Assembly (NCBI GenBank): GCA_021613535.1
Contig: CP075495.1
Location: 3,534,001 to 3,598,000 of the forward strand
DNA from: Adineta vaga
Taxonomy: Eukaryota; Animalia; Rotifera
Reading direction: 5' to 3'
DNA: 64,000 nucleotides
Both the position numbers and the translations under genes were made by a program. The notes under the pieces are model-generated. The model made no database searches, was not told the origin of the DNA, and saw nothing but the letters and a program-made list of their open reading frames with translations. Each line of letters begins with the position of its first letter. Position 1 is the first letter of the stretch. Positions 26,870 to 42,782 of this stretch are shown piece by piece.

Positions 26870-28897
26870 ATGAATGTCAATAAGAGTTTCATAATCGTTT
26901 TCCTATATTTTTGTACATTCAGTACTGTTCATTTATTGTCAACATCAGAAACAATTAATCTAAAACACAATAATTCTGATCCGATTGTTATTGAAGTATC
27001 ATGGAATTCACATGATTATGATCTACATACAATTCCAACTTTGCAAGTTGTTTCCAATCCTTTACTAGCTCGACAATTTTCTCCTATTTACAAACAAATA
27101 TTTGCAAGTTTGAAACAACTCAATGCTGATTATGCTCGCTATGCAGTTTGGTTTCCTTATCCAAAACTAGCTGTTGCAGAACTAGATCCTCCATCTGGTC
27201 TTGTTCAATGTGGCAATGTTGGACAAGATTTTTCAATTGATCTATCATGTGAACAAAATAGTGGTGTCATCAGTCAAGTTGATTTTGCATCATATGGTAC
27301 ATCAACTGGAGCTTGTGGTCAGATGAGACAAGGACAATGTCATGCGGCAAATAGTACAACTATTGTTCAACAAATGTGTGTTGGTAAATCAAAATGTTCA
27401 GTACCAGCATCGGTAGAACTCTTTGGAGATCCTTGTAAGTTTTATCACTGTCATTTTGCGGTCAATAGAATAGCTAATTATTATTGTCTATTGTATAGGT
27501 TATGGAACAGTGAAGCGTTTACTTATTCAAATTCAATGTAATCCACCACAAAATAATACTTATTACAATTTTACATATCTTGATACGATGCTTGAAGATT
27601 TTCTCGATGCTACCGATGGTCATTCGCGTATTATTTCATTTTGTACTCAACCAACTTGGTTGTTCAAACAAGATACACCGCATATCTATCCTGATAATGC
27701 AACACTTACGGATTGGGGATATCCCGTTGGTACAGAATTAGTGGATGATACTATGCAAGCATTAGGTGATTATTATGGTCGTCTTCTTGCTTGGTACACG
27801 CGCGGCGGATTTATTGATGAATATGGACGTAAACACACTTCAAACTATTATTACAACTGGGATTATACAGAAATCTTTAATGAAGTTGAAGCTGAACATC
27901 ATATGACAGTTGAATATTATACACGAGCTTATGATGCAGTCGTTCAGGGTATTCGTCGACATACGAATAATTATGCTATGAAATACGTTGGATTAGCATT
28001 GGCATGTAAGTGTTTTACCTTGTTGTTGTTTTTATGAAATCGATCTTTCAGATCATCAATTTGATTGGTTTCGATATTTTCTCAATCATTCAAATCATGC
28101 ATCAGATATTCCACTCGATATGATTTCATATCATTTCTATGCCGGTGGAAAATCTCGAACTAATCCATTAGATTGGGAACCATTTTTCAGTCAACTTGAT
28201 ACATTTACATTACAAGTTGAACAAATTGAAGAAATTCGAAAAATACTTTCACCTGATACAAGAACAACTATTGATGAACTGGGTGTTATCCTTCCTGATG
28301 ATAATACACCTGATGCACCGCAATTTCCACCAATCTATTGGAATGCAGCAGCAGCTCTCTATGCCTATGCATGGGCAAAACTATCACGACTTCGTATCGA
28401 TGTTGTTGGACATAGTCAACTTGTTGGTTAGTATTCATTAATTATTGACTTGTTTTCTTTCTATTTTGATATCTTTTATCGATAGGCTATCCAGAACTAC
28501 ACGATCTTCAACTTCAACCTCAATTTCCAAGTGTTGCTTTACTCAATTGGACAACAGGTGAAGGTACAGCAAAATATTGGACATCAAAACTACTTATTGA
28601 TACAATTGATATTGATAATGATCAAGCTGTAATTACACAGACTACAGATGTTACTGGACAAAATATATTTAGTCAAGCATTTGTAGGTGTCAATGGTCGT
28701 CGATGGGTATTGCTTATTAATAAGCGATATGCCGATGTTGATATATTTCTACCAGGATCGACGGGTGGACGTATGCAAATCATTAATGAAGCAACTGGTT
28801 TTGGGCCTCAACGGAAGTAATCTTAACTTTGAGCACAATATCATTGAATCCATTTGCTGTTGCCGTTGTACATATGCCAACTGCAGATGTAAATTAA
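26870..28897 (+). CDS. Secreted clan-A (GH39-like) glycoside hydrolase with inserted SUEL/Gal-lectin domain; apparent 1-nt frameshift near the C-terminus
   Basis: Signal peptide. Lectin LSC...FASYG...G.CG...CH...C.GK.KC...FGDPC...KRL...C. Catalytic-like EIFNEVE and TIDELG; ISYHFY. As written, the frame stops at 28820; a shifted frame continues TEVILTLSTISLNPFAVAVVHMPTADVN* to 28897. Confidence 0.8.
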
Positions 28898-30313
28898 AAG
28901 ATAAACGAAAACTAGACTACTTTCATAGATCGTTTCTATTTAATGAGAATTCGTAATAAATAAATTTATAATACATTTGCCTATGAACAAAAAACCATAC
29001 TGTGATCTATTTCTTGACATGTGTGTCTCGAATTTAGAAGAAAAAAAAACAACAAATTAAAGTTATTCATCTCAATATTATCATATGATTCGTTCTGATA
29101 CATTTGAATCTTTTGTAATATAACGAATATTTTCATTGATAACTCTGTAGGAAATAATTATCTTCTCTCGTGTTTTTTTTCTATTATATAAAACAGATGT
29201 AAGAATTTTCCTATCAGTTGAAACTCATCAAAAATTTGATGAAATAAACCGCTAAAAGCATCTGAACGATGTTTAATCAAGCTTACAGTATCATCAACAT
29301 TCGAATTCTTTTATTTCGTTTTCCTTTGCAATGATGATGAAATATATATCAAAAACATCTAATCCTTCAGGCTAAATAATGTGCACTGGTGCACGTTCCA
29401 TTTGATGATGATGATGATGAGACATTCCTCAATATATGACTCGTTTTGTTCTTAACACATTATCTACATAGATATCTTATGAAAAGGTGCGTGCACGCGC
29501 ATCTTCCGCATGATGGACAGTTGGAGGATACAAACGTATATATATACATATCTTTATATCCACATACATTTATATATATACATATTCAAAATCAGACGCC
29601 CGAACGTAATGCGAATATTGTCGTTCTCTCATATCGATTCAATAGGGCTAAAGAAACAGAAATGAAGAAGAAAAGGGAGAGAAAAAAGGTAAAAGATATT
29701 ATCATTTTCTCATCTATTTGTACATAACGAAATGACTCTTTTTTGTCGTTATCAAAAATCTATTCTGAGCCATGCATCGATTATTGGAGAAATGAGATTT
29801 TTCTATCGACCAATCCAGAGAAAAAGCCAATCAATAATAGTTAACAATTAAAAATAGTATATAATAAAACAAACATATAACGTTCATTGAGATATGCGAT
29901 TGTCATTCTTCTTTCAACAAAAAACCTTGAATACTAATCATAAAAATGAAGATAAATATCTTTTATTTCGATGAACTCTATCACTAAATCGGTGACTTCG
30001 TTTGTCTAATCAGATGATAATCATTGTTTGCATGTATGAAATAGATGGTAATTTGTATTTATAGAAAACAACATTGATAAGACTTCGTGACTTGACAGAA
30101 ATGTTCATTTGTCATTTGATTGCACATCATTTTACTTCGAAGAAGAAAAAAACCTTTCATAAATATATGAAATTATTTTTGTAACGTTTCTTTTTTTTTC
30201 TTTTTTTTTTTGAACGGACATATATGTTCATTGTAAAAAGCGTGTTGATTTGTTGTCACCAATCGAATCTTTATTCGTATCATCAAATAAGAACGATACG
30301 AGAAGAGAATAAG

Positions 30314-30388
30314 TAGAAGAAGAAGAAGAAGAAGAAGAGAAAAATCGACCATAGAAGAGAGAGAGAGAGGGAGAGACAGAGAAAGAGA
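30314..30388 (+). repeat. (GAA)n / (GA)n purine microsatellite tract upstream of Pax6
   Basis: agaagaagaagaagaagaagaaga and gagagagagagagggagagacagagaaagaga are seen directly. Confidence 0.8.
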
Positions 30389-31301
30389 AAAAATAGTATT
30401 ACAATCTATCAGGTGTATACACGTTGATTCGTTAAAAATTTTCTTTCGTGTATATACGCATATGTATGTGTTTTTTTCTGTATTTCTATATTCTATTGAA
30501 AACTTCGAATGAACATCATTTGAAATCTTGATGATGATGATGATGATGATTTTCTCCCGTTGGCATCGAAATAATTATACTAACTTGATCGTTAAATAGA
30601 CCATTTGAAGTGGGCAACACTAGTGATAGTTAGTTGTTGATGATGTATGTATATGTATTGTAGTAAAGTGGTCCTTTTTAGTGAATAATCCATCTTTGAG
30701 TTGTATTTATTTGCTCTGTTTCTCTGTGCTTGATTATTCATTTCACATTCATTGAAAGAAGAAGAAAAATCTGATGAAACAACTCTATTCATTATATTTA
30801 TATATATATAATTTTACTTTTCATACTTCTAGATTCTTTATTCATTTTTTTTTCTTATTGCTTCATCTTATTAAAGTAAGTAAGATTTTTTTCTTCTTCG
30901 TTTTCTTTCTTTTTTATCTTTTTGACAAAGAAATTAGAATCGATAAGAGGATGACTTTCTGAAATCTTGGATCGCCTACTCCAGCTGACAACTCTATTAA
31001 CTTTCTCTTTAGAAAATATCTTGTCTGTCTTTCCCTATCGATGAGCTTATCATCAGGGAGTCACTCGAAGACTATCATTGATTCGAATTAATTACTATCG
31101 AAAGACAAGAGCAGATTTACAATGTCCCATTTGACCGTATTTACATGAGATAATACAAAAAAAAAACGAAGACAAAAGGGAAGAGAGAGGGATAGAAAAA
31201 AAACGTTTTTTTTTTGAGAATGTTTCTTATATGGCGTTTATATATACTAAAAGAAGAGAAGAGTTTTCTCATTTTCTTTATACATCATTGAATTAAATGA
31301 A

Positions 31302-33360
<2,059 letters not shown>

Positions 33361-34881
33361 TAATGATTCTTCTTTTTTCTCTTTCTTTTTTTCCGTTGTA
33401 GATATCGAAAACAAGAATTTACTGAATATTTCTTTTCTTTACTCATTTGTTTTTGTTTTCTTTCTCATTTTCCTTTTTCTTTTTCTCTCTCTTGTGTTTG
33501 TGATAATCGTCTCATTATGAATAGAAGTTCGTATATCCTATTCTCTGCACTTCAATTGACGAACATTTGACAGTCACCACTAAAATCAGATCAGCAACGC
33601 TCGGTTGAACTGCTCATTCACTCACTCAATGTATCAATGACTCTCTATGACTGAGCAGCTAGACAGACAGACAATATTGTATGCTAGTAATCAAGTTTGA
33701 TCGGTAGTTGTCGAACGACAAGGATGAAAGATTGATTCACATTTAAAACAAAGATGATTATTGCTCTTTTCTTCTTCTTCTTCTTCTTCTTCTTTCTCTT
33801 AAGCTGACCATTCGGCATACCGTCTTAATGTTTTGTTCAATGTTTTCTTTTCTATTTTGTTTAACATTAAATTGTCGTTTTAATAATTATTGTTGATCAC
33901 AATTGAACCACGAAAGATAAAACAATGATCAGTCACATATGACGAACGAATCGTTAAAAATTAGAGGAAGAAGAGAAATAAAAAGCACATGAATCAATGA
34001 ATTTCATTTTCTTCATATATCGGAAAACAAAGATGAAGACCACTAACAACGTGGGAAAGGTATTTTAAAATTTAATCGGAAAAGAAAGAGAATAGAATAC
34101 ATTCATAAAAAGTCAAAACATAGTCAATCAACTAAAATGAAATTGCCCAGTCTCTTGTGTAGTTTCATACTACATATGTTTGAAAAACAATACTTCACAA
34201 TTTTTCAACTATATTAAGTTTATGATAATAGTGACTAGAACTGATAACAATGCATTCAAACTAAGACATTACTTACATCACGGAACGATCATCTCATTTT
34301 ATTTCGAAACTATTGAAATAAATTGTTATCCGATGTAAAAAATAATATTCAAGTCAATATATTTAAGAGATTTCGGTGACATTTAGATCTATTTGAGAAA
34401 CTCGATTATTTTCAAAGAATAATTATTATAACATAGATAAGAATTCGACTGATTTTCTCGACAAAATCGTTTAAAGTTAATTCAATTCAATTCCATTCAA
34501 TCAATCAAAATAAAAATATTTCTTTTTTTCCGAATCGAACATGTATTCGGTCAACAAATATCAGTGTCTGGCAGGCATACTACTGTTGCAATTTCTTATG
34601 AATAAATGTATATATGAAGTAATTTGTGTGTCTTTATTGTCACATTCATTCAAATAAACTAAAAAAAAAAGAAATTCAAACAAAGAAAAAAGAAAACAAT
34701 GAACAAAAAAGAAACATTTGAAAGAAGTTACTTCTATTATAATACAATAGAAAAAAAAAACAAAAGAGTCAAGATAAGAACTATACAGTACTGTTATGAC
34801 ACAACAGCCATTCGCCTTTGCAAAAAAAATTAAAAGAAAGAAAAAGAAGAAGAACAAAGCAAGAAACGTTCAAATCTAAGA

Positions 34882-36973
34882 TCACGTTTCTGATTCTGTC
34901 AACATTGTATGATCACCAAATCGATGGTGTTGAAAAAAATTAGTGGTGCTATTTTGACGCATAAGTATAGTAGGAATTAAATGATCATGATGTAAACGAT
35001 CATAGGGTATTGCAGATGGAAGAGGTTGTGGTGGTCCACTAATTTCTGATGTTGTCATTGATTCAGGTGGTTTTGGCCAAGTATGCTCAGAAGAATCGTC
35101 TTGTGGAGATGATTCCATCATTACTCGAAAACCAAGAATATCATTTGATTGTGTTGATGAGAAACCTTCAAAACCAATTGGTAGAACTGTTGGTTTCTGT
35201 GATCGACAAGGTACAGGTGGCGGTGGAGCTTTTTTCAATTGATTCTCTTCGATTGCCCCATAAATTTTCTGACTATTGAAACGAAGAGCAATTGTATTTG
35301 GATCAAGATCCATTGTAACAGATTGATGTTGGAATGATGATTTGTCCTTCGTAGGAATATTTGATGATCGAATATCATTAAAATGAATTTGAGCAATAGT
35401 TGGTGGTAATGGTGGTGGTTCGTTTGGTGGTTGAACACGTTTCAATGTACCAGCATGAGATCGTGGTAATGTTCGATCTTTTGGTTGTGGTGAATCAGCA
35501 AAACAATCATTTTTAATTCCACGACATGATGAATCATTATGAACATTCATTGTCGATGAGAGATATCTTAATGATCGAATAGGCATTGTATTCGAAGAAT
35601 TTTTAATGATTTCATCATTATTAGTCGTTGATGATGACGATGAAAGAGCAGGTGAAACAGGTAAAACATAGATTCCATGAACTTTTTTTCGAAAATCTAC
35701 AGGTGCACGAGAACGTGGTGTTTGATTTGAAGGAAAATGATGATGATGATGATGATCAATGCTATCTCTATCAGTTAATGTATGATCTTGTCGTTTTAAC
35801 GAATGTGTTGGAGTAAAATTTGGTCGAGATTGTTGACGAACAATCGGTACAATGCATATATCGGAACGATGATCTTTTAATTCTTCATGAAATGTTGTTG
35901 ATGATATTTTTTCATTTTCATCCGATGGATGACGGGAAAAGTTATTTGGTAATTGACGTCGTTGACGTTGAATTGTATTTGCTGCACTTGTCAAACAAGG
36001 TGATCTTGGTGACACCAATGCTACTTTTTCGGTTTCTATTCAAAATGAACAAACAAAAAGAAATTTTTTAATATTTTAAAAGTGAAAGACGATCAAATCA
36101 TTTCATCTCTTTTATTTTGTCATACACCGATCATGCGATTGTCCACTCTAATTAATTGACCCTACTCGAACAATTGTACAGACAGCTTTGTTCCCTTTTT
36201 TTTCTCTTTTTTCATTCTATTCTCGTGCACTTAGCCTCGTCACAACAACTACTCATAAATGTAATTCAATGCCATTGTATATATTCATTCAATCGTTCGT
36301 ATTCTCGGTCATATATATGCATGAATACCATTTCAATAGTCACATATCATCATTGTCGGTCTAATTTCAATTTTGCATTTTATTAAAACATGCCAATGTA
36401 TGTATTACACATACACACAAAAACACGTTGGACGTGTAGATATGAGAAGAAAAAAAATGAAAGACTGTATTATTTATTCAGCTGAACGAAACGCATAGGA
36501 AAAAAAAGGACATCGAAAGAGTCAAGGTAAAGTAGAAGTTATTCACTTCATCTCTCTCTCTCTCTCTTTTGATTAGAAAAAGAAATGTTTGTATAGAGAT
36601 TCATTTTATTTCCTATTCTTTTTCTAATATGACGTAATTCTATGACAATGAAATATGTGTGAAGTATGCAGAGGACTTACCATGATGAGATGCACATAAC
36701 GTATGAAAACAAAAACGTATTACTGCAATAAGTGCTGATAGACATAGTAAACTAATGACAATTACACCAATCCAAAATGGAATTTTATAATGTAGATCAT
36801 TGCTAGCAAATGCATCGGAAGCTATTAAAAATAAATAGCAAATGTATGAAAAGTAATAAAAAGAAAATAATCATCCTACATTCGTCGGAATCTGCCGAAA
36901 AGCTTTCATCATCGTAATTTCGTGAAAGTGATGCTGTATAATTTTTCCACACTAAATTTAAATACTGTTCCAT
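34882..36973 (-). CDS. Uncharacterised single-pass membrane protein with long disordered Pro/Ser-rich cytoplasmic tail
   Basis: Phase-compatible exons 36973-36880, 36821-36681 and 36035-34882: MEQYLNLVWKNYTAS...IPFWIGVIVISLLCLSALIAVIRFCFHTLC...|ETEKVALVSPRSP... An in-frame TAA precedes the ATG. Confidence 0.7.
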
Positions 36974-39061
36974 TTAACGATAAATAGATCATCAATCAAT
37001 CTAAAAAAGCAACATACACATATTTTGGTACCTGTTTGATAATGCAGACATATACACAGTCAAAGAGAGTAATGTCTAGACGATATATGCTGATAGCGAT
37101 ATATAACTTGCATTGCTAACTGTACTAGTGCACTGACATGTCAAGTAAATGCGAAAGAGAATGAATAAAAGAGAATTCAAACAATATGCAAGATTATTCG
37201 ACTCGGACATGTATGTGCGTATGGAACAATATAACCGATCTGATTCTGTTCTTTACTTATATGTATGATGTAATAACCCTATCGATATTGAATAATCAGA
37301 AGACGATGGCGACGACATTGAATGTTGTTTTTTCGAAAAAATAGTTCTGAACATGAATTGAAAAGAAAAAGAAAACAATATATGCATGAGAGAAGATAAG
37401 AAGTATGTATTAGTGAAAAAAAATTGCTAGGTTATTGATTTATCAAACAAAAGAATGAGTGATCATTCGACCATCCTTTTGACCTGTTCGTTTTCTTATC
37501 AATATCTCGAAGGATAAATTGAAGGAGACAACAACGAAAGAGAAGAAGAAGAGGACATGCATCTCTTGAAGAAGTATATGCAAATAAATCATGATCATAT
37601 CTCGCAGGGTAAACTATACTAATGTTTATCGGGATAAGAAAAGACAAAGAGAGCAAGAGAGAGAGTGAGGGAAAGAAATCCTTCATAAATCCATCAAAAA
37701 ATCTCTTTTCTTATATCTACTATATATGTATATTCTTTCAAAGTTATTACATACATATATACCCTTTACCTATGAAGAAAAAAGAGCGAGAGGATATAGA
37801 AGAAGATCGATCCATCCATATATATATATATATATATACATATATAGTGAAGAGTATATATTTATATACATTCTATGCATAGTCAGCTTATGTAATACAA
37901 TCAACCAAAGCACATACATATGTCAAAGAAAAAAAACTGAGAAGTAGAGAGGGAGAGCGAGAAATTTATGAAAAAAGAAAGAAAGAAAGAAAGAAAGAGA
38001 TGAAAGGAAAACAAAGTGTGAATGAACTCAAAATAGATGTTGAATATTGTAACAAGTAGCTTGTGCATTGGCAGAAATATCAAGTATCATTCTACTATTG
38101 TCATACGTAATGTTCTTCTTTCCTACTGAGTTGCTTATATACTATTAAAGATAGAAAAAGAAAAGAGAAGGTTGGTATTAGAATAAGTATCCTGTTCCTC
38201 TATTCTATTATCAAAAAAAGAAGAGAAAGAAAAGCCTTGTTTCTGCACTAGCTTTCATCCGCCTCTGATATATATGTATAAGATGTGTTCGACGTGCATG
38301 TGTTTCTCTTTTTCTTCTGTTCATACTCATGTACTTACCACGGTGGTCATCTATGCCGCAATAAATCATCATGCATGGAGTAATCCTATTCCATCATAAG
38401 ACGAAAGGGAGAGAGAAAGACAAACAGCAAAAAAAGCGTAAAGTATGCACAGACTATGTATGATTATTGTTCGTTGTTGTGATGGTGAAGAAATAAAAGA
38501 ACAAATTGCTCTTCTGAGGCTGTCTATATGGCACATACAGAATAAAGAATGAGCTCTAAAGAAGCGAGAGAGAGGGAGAGGGAGAAAGAAAGACAATCGT
38601 TCGTTTTGTAATTTGGAAATAGAAGACTAGCGGTAGTATGCGTCTGTACCGATGAACAAGAGAGGAAAAAAGAAGGTTGCTTTGTATCAGTCAAGTGCTT
38701 CGTTAAACGTCGATCGTCTCTTTACTCATATCTACTGTACACATACAGAAAAAATATAAATGTATGTGTCGACCTCGTTTCATCTTTCCTCTCTTGCTCT
38801 CCTGTTCAATTGCTATATGCATATATCCGTTGTCGTCGTATTTTTGCGACAAGTGAACTACATTTCTTTCGTACATTGAAAATATGTATATACATATTTC
38901 GAAGCAAAAGAGAAAAAAAGCAATTAACCAACTTTTCATCGTTGTTGTTGTCGTCTTATCTGTCCTGTTTCGTACCGTATACATATATACTCATAAAATG
39001 GTCAATCAATTGGAGCTTATATACTTGGCTTGTTTTTGACCCAGATTAGATATGAAATGAT

Positions 39062-40123
39062 TTATGAAAAAGCTTTCTTCCACATATCACATGCACCACA
39101 ACAAAAAAAATTACCACAAAACTTAAAAATACACGCAAATATAGCAGCAACATAAGTAAATATAAGAACATAGAAGGCAAACCAATAGAGACCTGGATGA
39201 CAATAATTTTCTATATCATTAGGTCTATCTGTTCGTACACGATAACGAGCACCAAATACCCAGAAATTGCCAATAAAAAACCAAATAAAAAGAAATAGTG
39301 CAATAGCACCTTGCATACCACGTGCAAATGCAATAAAACCTATTATAAATTTATGAGTTGCTTTTCTTGCAATAGTCGATGATCGATAATATGTACAAGT
39401 TGATGACAAAAGTAAAAAAAGTATCATAGCTAATCCAGCACCACCTGAGACAATCATATATAATGGAATTTTATCATTTACACGACAGTCATTTATATAA
39501 AGAATACCTAATACAAGTTTTGCAATGGGTAAAGCAAGAGCAAAACAAAGATGAATAAGTACAGCGACAGTGCCAAAACCACCAGAACATAAAGTTGTAC
39601 ATAGGCCTGGTGATTTTTCTCGAATATATCTCTTTTTTCGAATACGATGAAGAATACGTTTTGGAGTTGATTGTGGTGGAGGAACAGATACAATTTGATA
39701 TTGAACTGGTACTGAAGGAGAAGGAAGAGATAGAGGCGGTGGAGTTGATGGTGGAGTAACGTGATAGAATGGTTGTTCGGACAAATGAATTCTCGGTGAT
39801 AAGTTTACATGTGGAGTAAATTCTTCTGTAGATAACGAAGGTCCATCATCATCAGTTGGTGTCCACCATAATAAATCATCTGTAGGTACATGTACAGATG
39901 AACGTGGAAGTGATAATGTTGGTCTTGGAATACGAAATGTTGGTTGATTCCATTCTGTTTCATTCGTATCATCAAGGTCACGTACGTCTAATTGATATAA
40001 CGCTACAGGTGAGGGTCGTCTTCTCGTTGACATGGGTGAATTATGTGATGAAAATGAGGATGTAAAACTCGCAGGAATAGGTGATAATGGTCGACGACGA
40101 TAATGACGACGACTAGAAAACAT
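39062..40123 (-). CDS. TMEM272-like 4-TM protein with long Pro-rich N-terminus (intronless)
   Basis: GILYINDC...IPLYMIVSG, LFIWFFIGNFWVF, YC...LYWFAF, Cys-rich C-terminus. Confidence 0.75.
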   Translation of the reverse strand: MFSSRRHYRRRPLSPIPASFTSSFSSHNSPMSTRRRPSPVALYQLDVRDLDDTNETEWNQPTFRIPRPTLSLPRSSVHVPTDDLLWWTPTDDDGPSLSTEEFTPHVNLSPRIHLSEQPFYHVTPPSTPPPLSLPSPSVPVQYQIVSVPPPQSTPKRILHRIRKKRYIREKSPGLCTTLCSGGFGTVAVLIHLCFALALPIAKLVLGILYINDCRVNDKIPLYMIVSGGAGLAMILFLLLSSTCTYYRSSTIARKATHKFIIGFIAFARGMQGAIALFLFIWFFIGNFWVFGARYRVRTDRPNDIENYCHPGLYWFAFYVLIFTYVAAIFACIFKFCGNFFCCGACDMWKKAFS

Positions 40124-40867
40124 TTCCTTATTCAACTATCATTCACAAAACTACTGTTCTGATGAAGAATGAAGTGTCAAGTTTTTTTTCTTATATTTTA
40201 AAGAGATATTGCGTAGTTGTATTTGTCTGCATATATAAAAGAAGAGCAAATAATGCAAAGATGACATAAATTAGAAAAGTAGAAGAATCATTGTTGACTG
40301 GGCCAAAAAAAGAAGAAGAATTCGACAATGTTGAGATGATTAATGATTATGATATGATTATATCATCGAATGTTCAAACATTATTCGCCTACGTTTTGTA
40401 TGACCAATAACTAGTAAATTCTTTGAATTTAAAGGAAATTTATTCACTGTTTCGTTTTCATTTTCTTGCATTTGAAATATGTTTGATAATCGGTAAGTGA
40501 TTAAAACGAAAGATTTTCGTTCATTTCAAGACGATTTCGAAAAAGGTCAATTCATTCTCGTTTCTTCGAATAAGAATCAAAGATTAATTAAAAAATTTCT
40601 CGTTTTTTTCTTGTTATTTTTCAATACAGAAAAGGTGAACATAGTCAAGTGTAATTCAAAAAGAAAAGCAAACGAAAGCAATGTTTTTCAGTATATTTGA
40701 AAAGTAAAAAAACACGTAAAAGAACCAAAAATAACATACAAAGCAGTACAAAAAGGGAGAAAACATCATAATAACTTCTTTTTTCTCTCTATCTACACAA
40801 TGTGTTGTAATTATAGTTTCTTTTACATTTTCTTTTTTATCACTTATAAAATTTAAGACAAATACTA

Positions 40868-41652
40868 ATGGCACAAGAACCATTGCCAACAATATATCCA
40901 AGACCTTACGCTCCAAGTCATCGAGTTAGTGTGGGTACGCCACAATTTTCCAATGTTTTTGCTGATCCAATAAAGAATGAAAAGTTACCTCGTCAAACAC
41001 ATGATCGAGCCAAACGAATCCGATTTCTACCACCATTTTTAGCTTTAATACTTCGTTCAACTTATTTTCTAGTTGCTCTTTGTATTATTCTCGTTATTCC
41101 TATACTTCAATTAGTATTTGGTATTGTTTATCGCGATCAATGTCCAATCAATGTATATATACCAATTTATTTAATTGTCACGGGTGCATGTGGTATGGCT
41201 ACAATTGGTTTAACAATTGTTATTGTAAGAAATCATTTCTTTTCAAATAAAGATTCTATTTGATTGAGAATCTAGGTAGTAGCATTTGTATGTTGTATCA
41301 AACAGGATTCAATTGCTGGTTCATGTATTAGTGGTTGTATTATTGGTACTGTCATTTTTTTTATATTCTTAATGAGTTTCTTTCTATTCGCTTGGTTTAT
41401 TGCGGTAAGTAGAGAATCTCCTGAGGCTTGAATTGAAAAAATTTTCTTTCTATATTCAAGGGTAATGTTTGGGTATTTGGAGCAAAAACAACAGTTGTCT
41501 TTGATAAAGAAAACTCACCGAAATATTGTCATAAAACTTTATATGAATTTGCTTTTTGGATCATAATTATAACTTATATTTTAATGGTTGCTAGTTGTTG
41601 TATATCATGTTGTCGTGCTTGTTTTCAATCAGTAACATCATTAAAAGCTTAA
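40868..41652 (+). CDS. TMEM272-like 4-TM protein (3 exons)
   Basis: GIVYRDQCPINVYIPIYLIVTG, FAWFIA|GNVWVF, YCHKTLYEFAF, SCCISCCRAC. Confidence 0.8.
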
Positions 41653-42782
41653 ATTACCTCTATACATAGAAGTAAAAAAGAACCATTTATATATATATAT
41701 ATACATATATTAGCATATCTTTCTTTGTCGTATAAATTTGATGTTTACAATAAAGATTCTATTTGTTATCTGTCAGAAAGATATTTTAATTGATGTATCT
41801 TCGATTACTTTTCATTCATTCTGTCTCTCGCTGAATATGTGTAATGACGATTGAAATTACTTTGAACATTATCGTTCTATATGATATTCAACATACGTCG
41901 GTAATTATCTTGTAAGTAGGAAATTATCGAACTGACAGAACGAAATCGAAAATATCTTTGTAATTATTTTGTCTCTCAACAATGGTCAAATAGAAATTAC
42001 ACATTTGATCGTCGTGTTCAATACATTAGACATCATTTAAAATCCGAAATAATGGATTTTGTTTCTTTCTTATCGGAAAAATTCGAGAACTTTTCCGTAT
42101 TGTTTTGAGTGAAGTGTACTTAGATGCACAGGATAAAATCAATGATCTTAGGAATCGACAGAAGACAACTTATACCTTAACTATAAAGTGTTTCTATATT
42201 CGAACTAAATCAGAATAGTTGTTCTGTTAATGTATTTCGACTGAATAAAATCCCTGTATGCCATATACTTATGCAATTAATCGGTATTAACAGTGTCTTT
42301 TAAAATGCACAATGTAACTCTGAACATGAAGTTGAAAATTTGCCTAAAGACTGATTCTTGCGATAACATTATGAATAATATCTTCTAAATTTATGCAAAT
42401 CAATTTAATAATAACAAATTTAAGAGTATTTGTAGAACGATAAAAGCTGTATGATATCGTTCTTGACAGTATTAAATTATCAAAATTATATCGTAGTTTC
42501 TATTTTTAAACATATTTCTTTGCCGGATCATTGTATTCATTGGAGAATAATAAATAACGATCAACAATATGATTCATTTTATGCGACCGATGTATTTGCG
42601 TCGAAATCAGCGAGAAAAAAATGTGAATGACTGTAATTGTGAGTAAAGAAGAAAAAAAAGGGGGGGAAAGAAAAAAAAAGTACAGGAAGAACAAGGCAAG
42701 AATAGAAAAGAGAATAACTTTTATACTCATAATAGTCAGTCATTAAGCATTTTTTCTCTTACATATTTATTACAAACTATAA

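Noticed and set aside
29380-29503. Short palindromes gtgcactggtgcac and gcgtgcacgc upstream of Pax6
   Set aside because: Too short to assign a function without conservation data.
37432-39049. Numerous 60-95 aa ORFs rich in F/I/Y/K
   Set aside because: They come from low-complexity AT/GA microsatellite sequence and are likely UTR or regulatory DNA, not coding.
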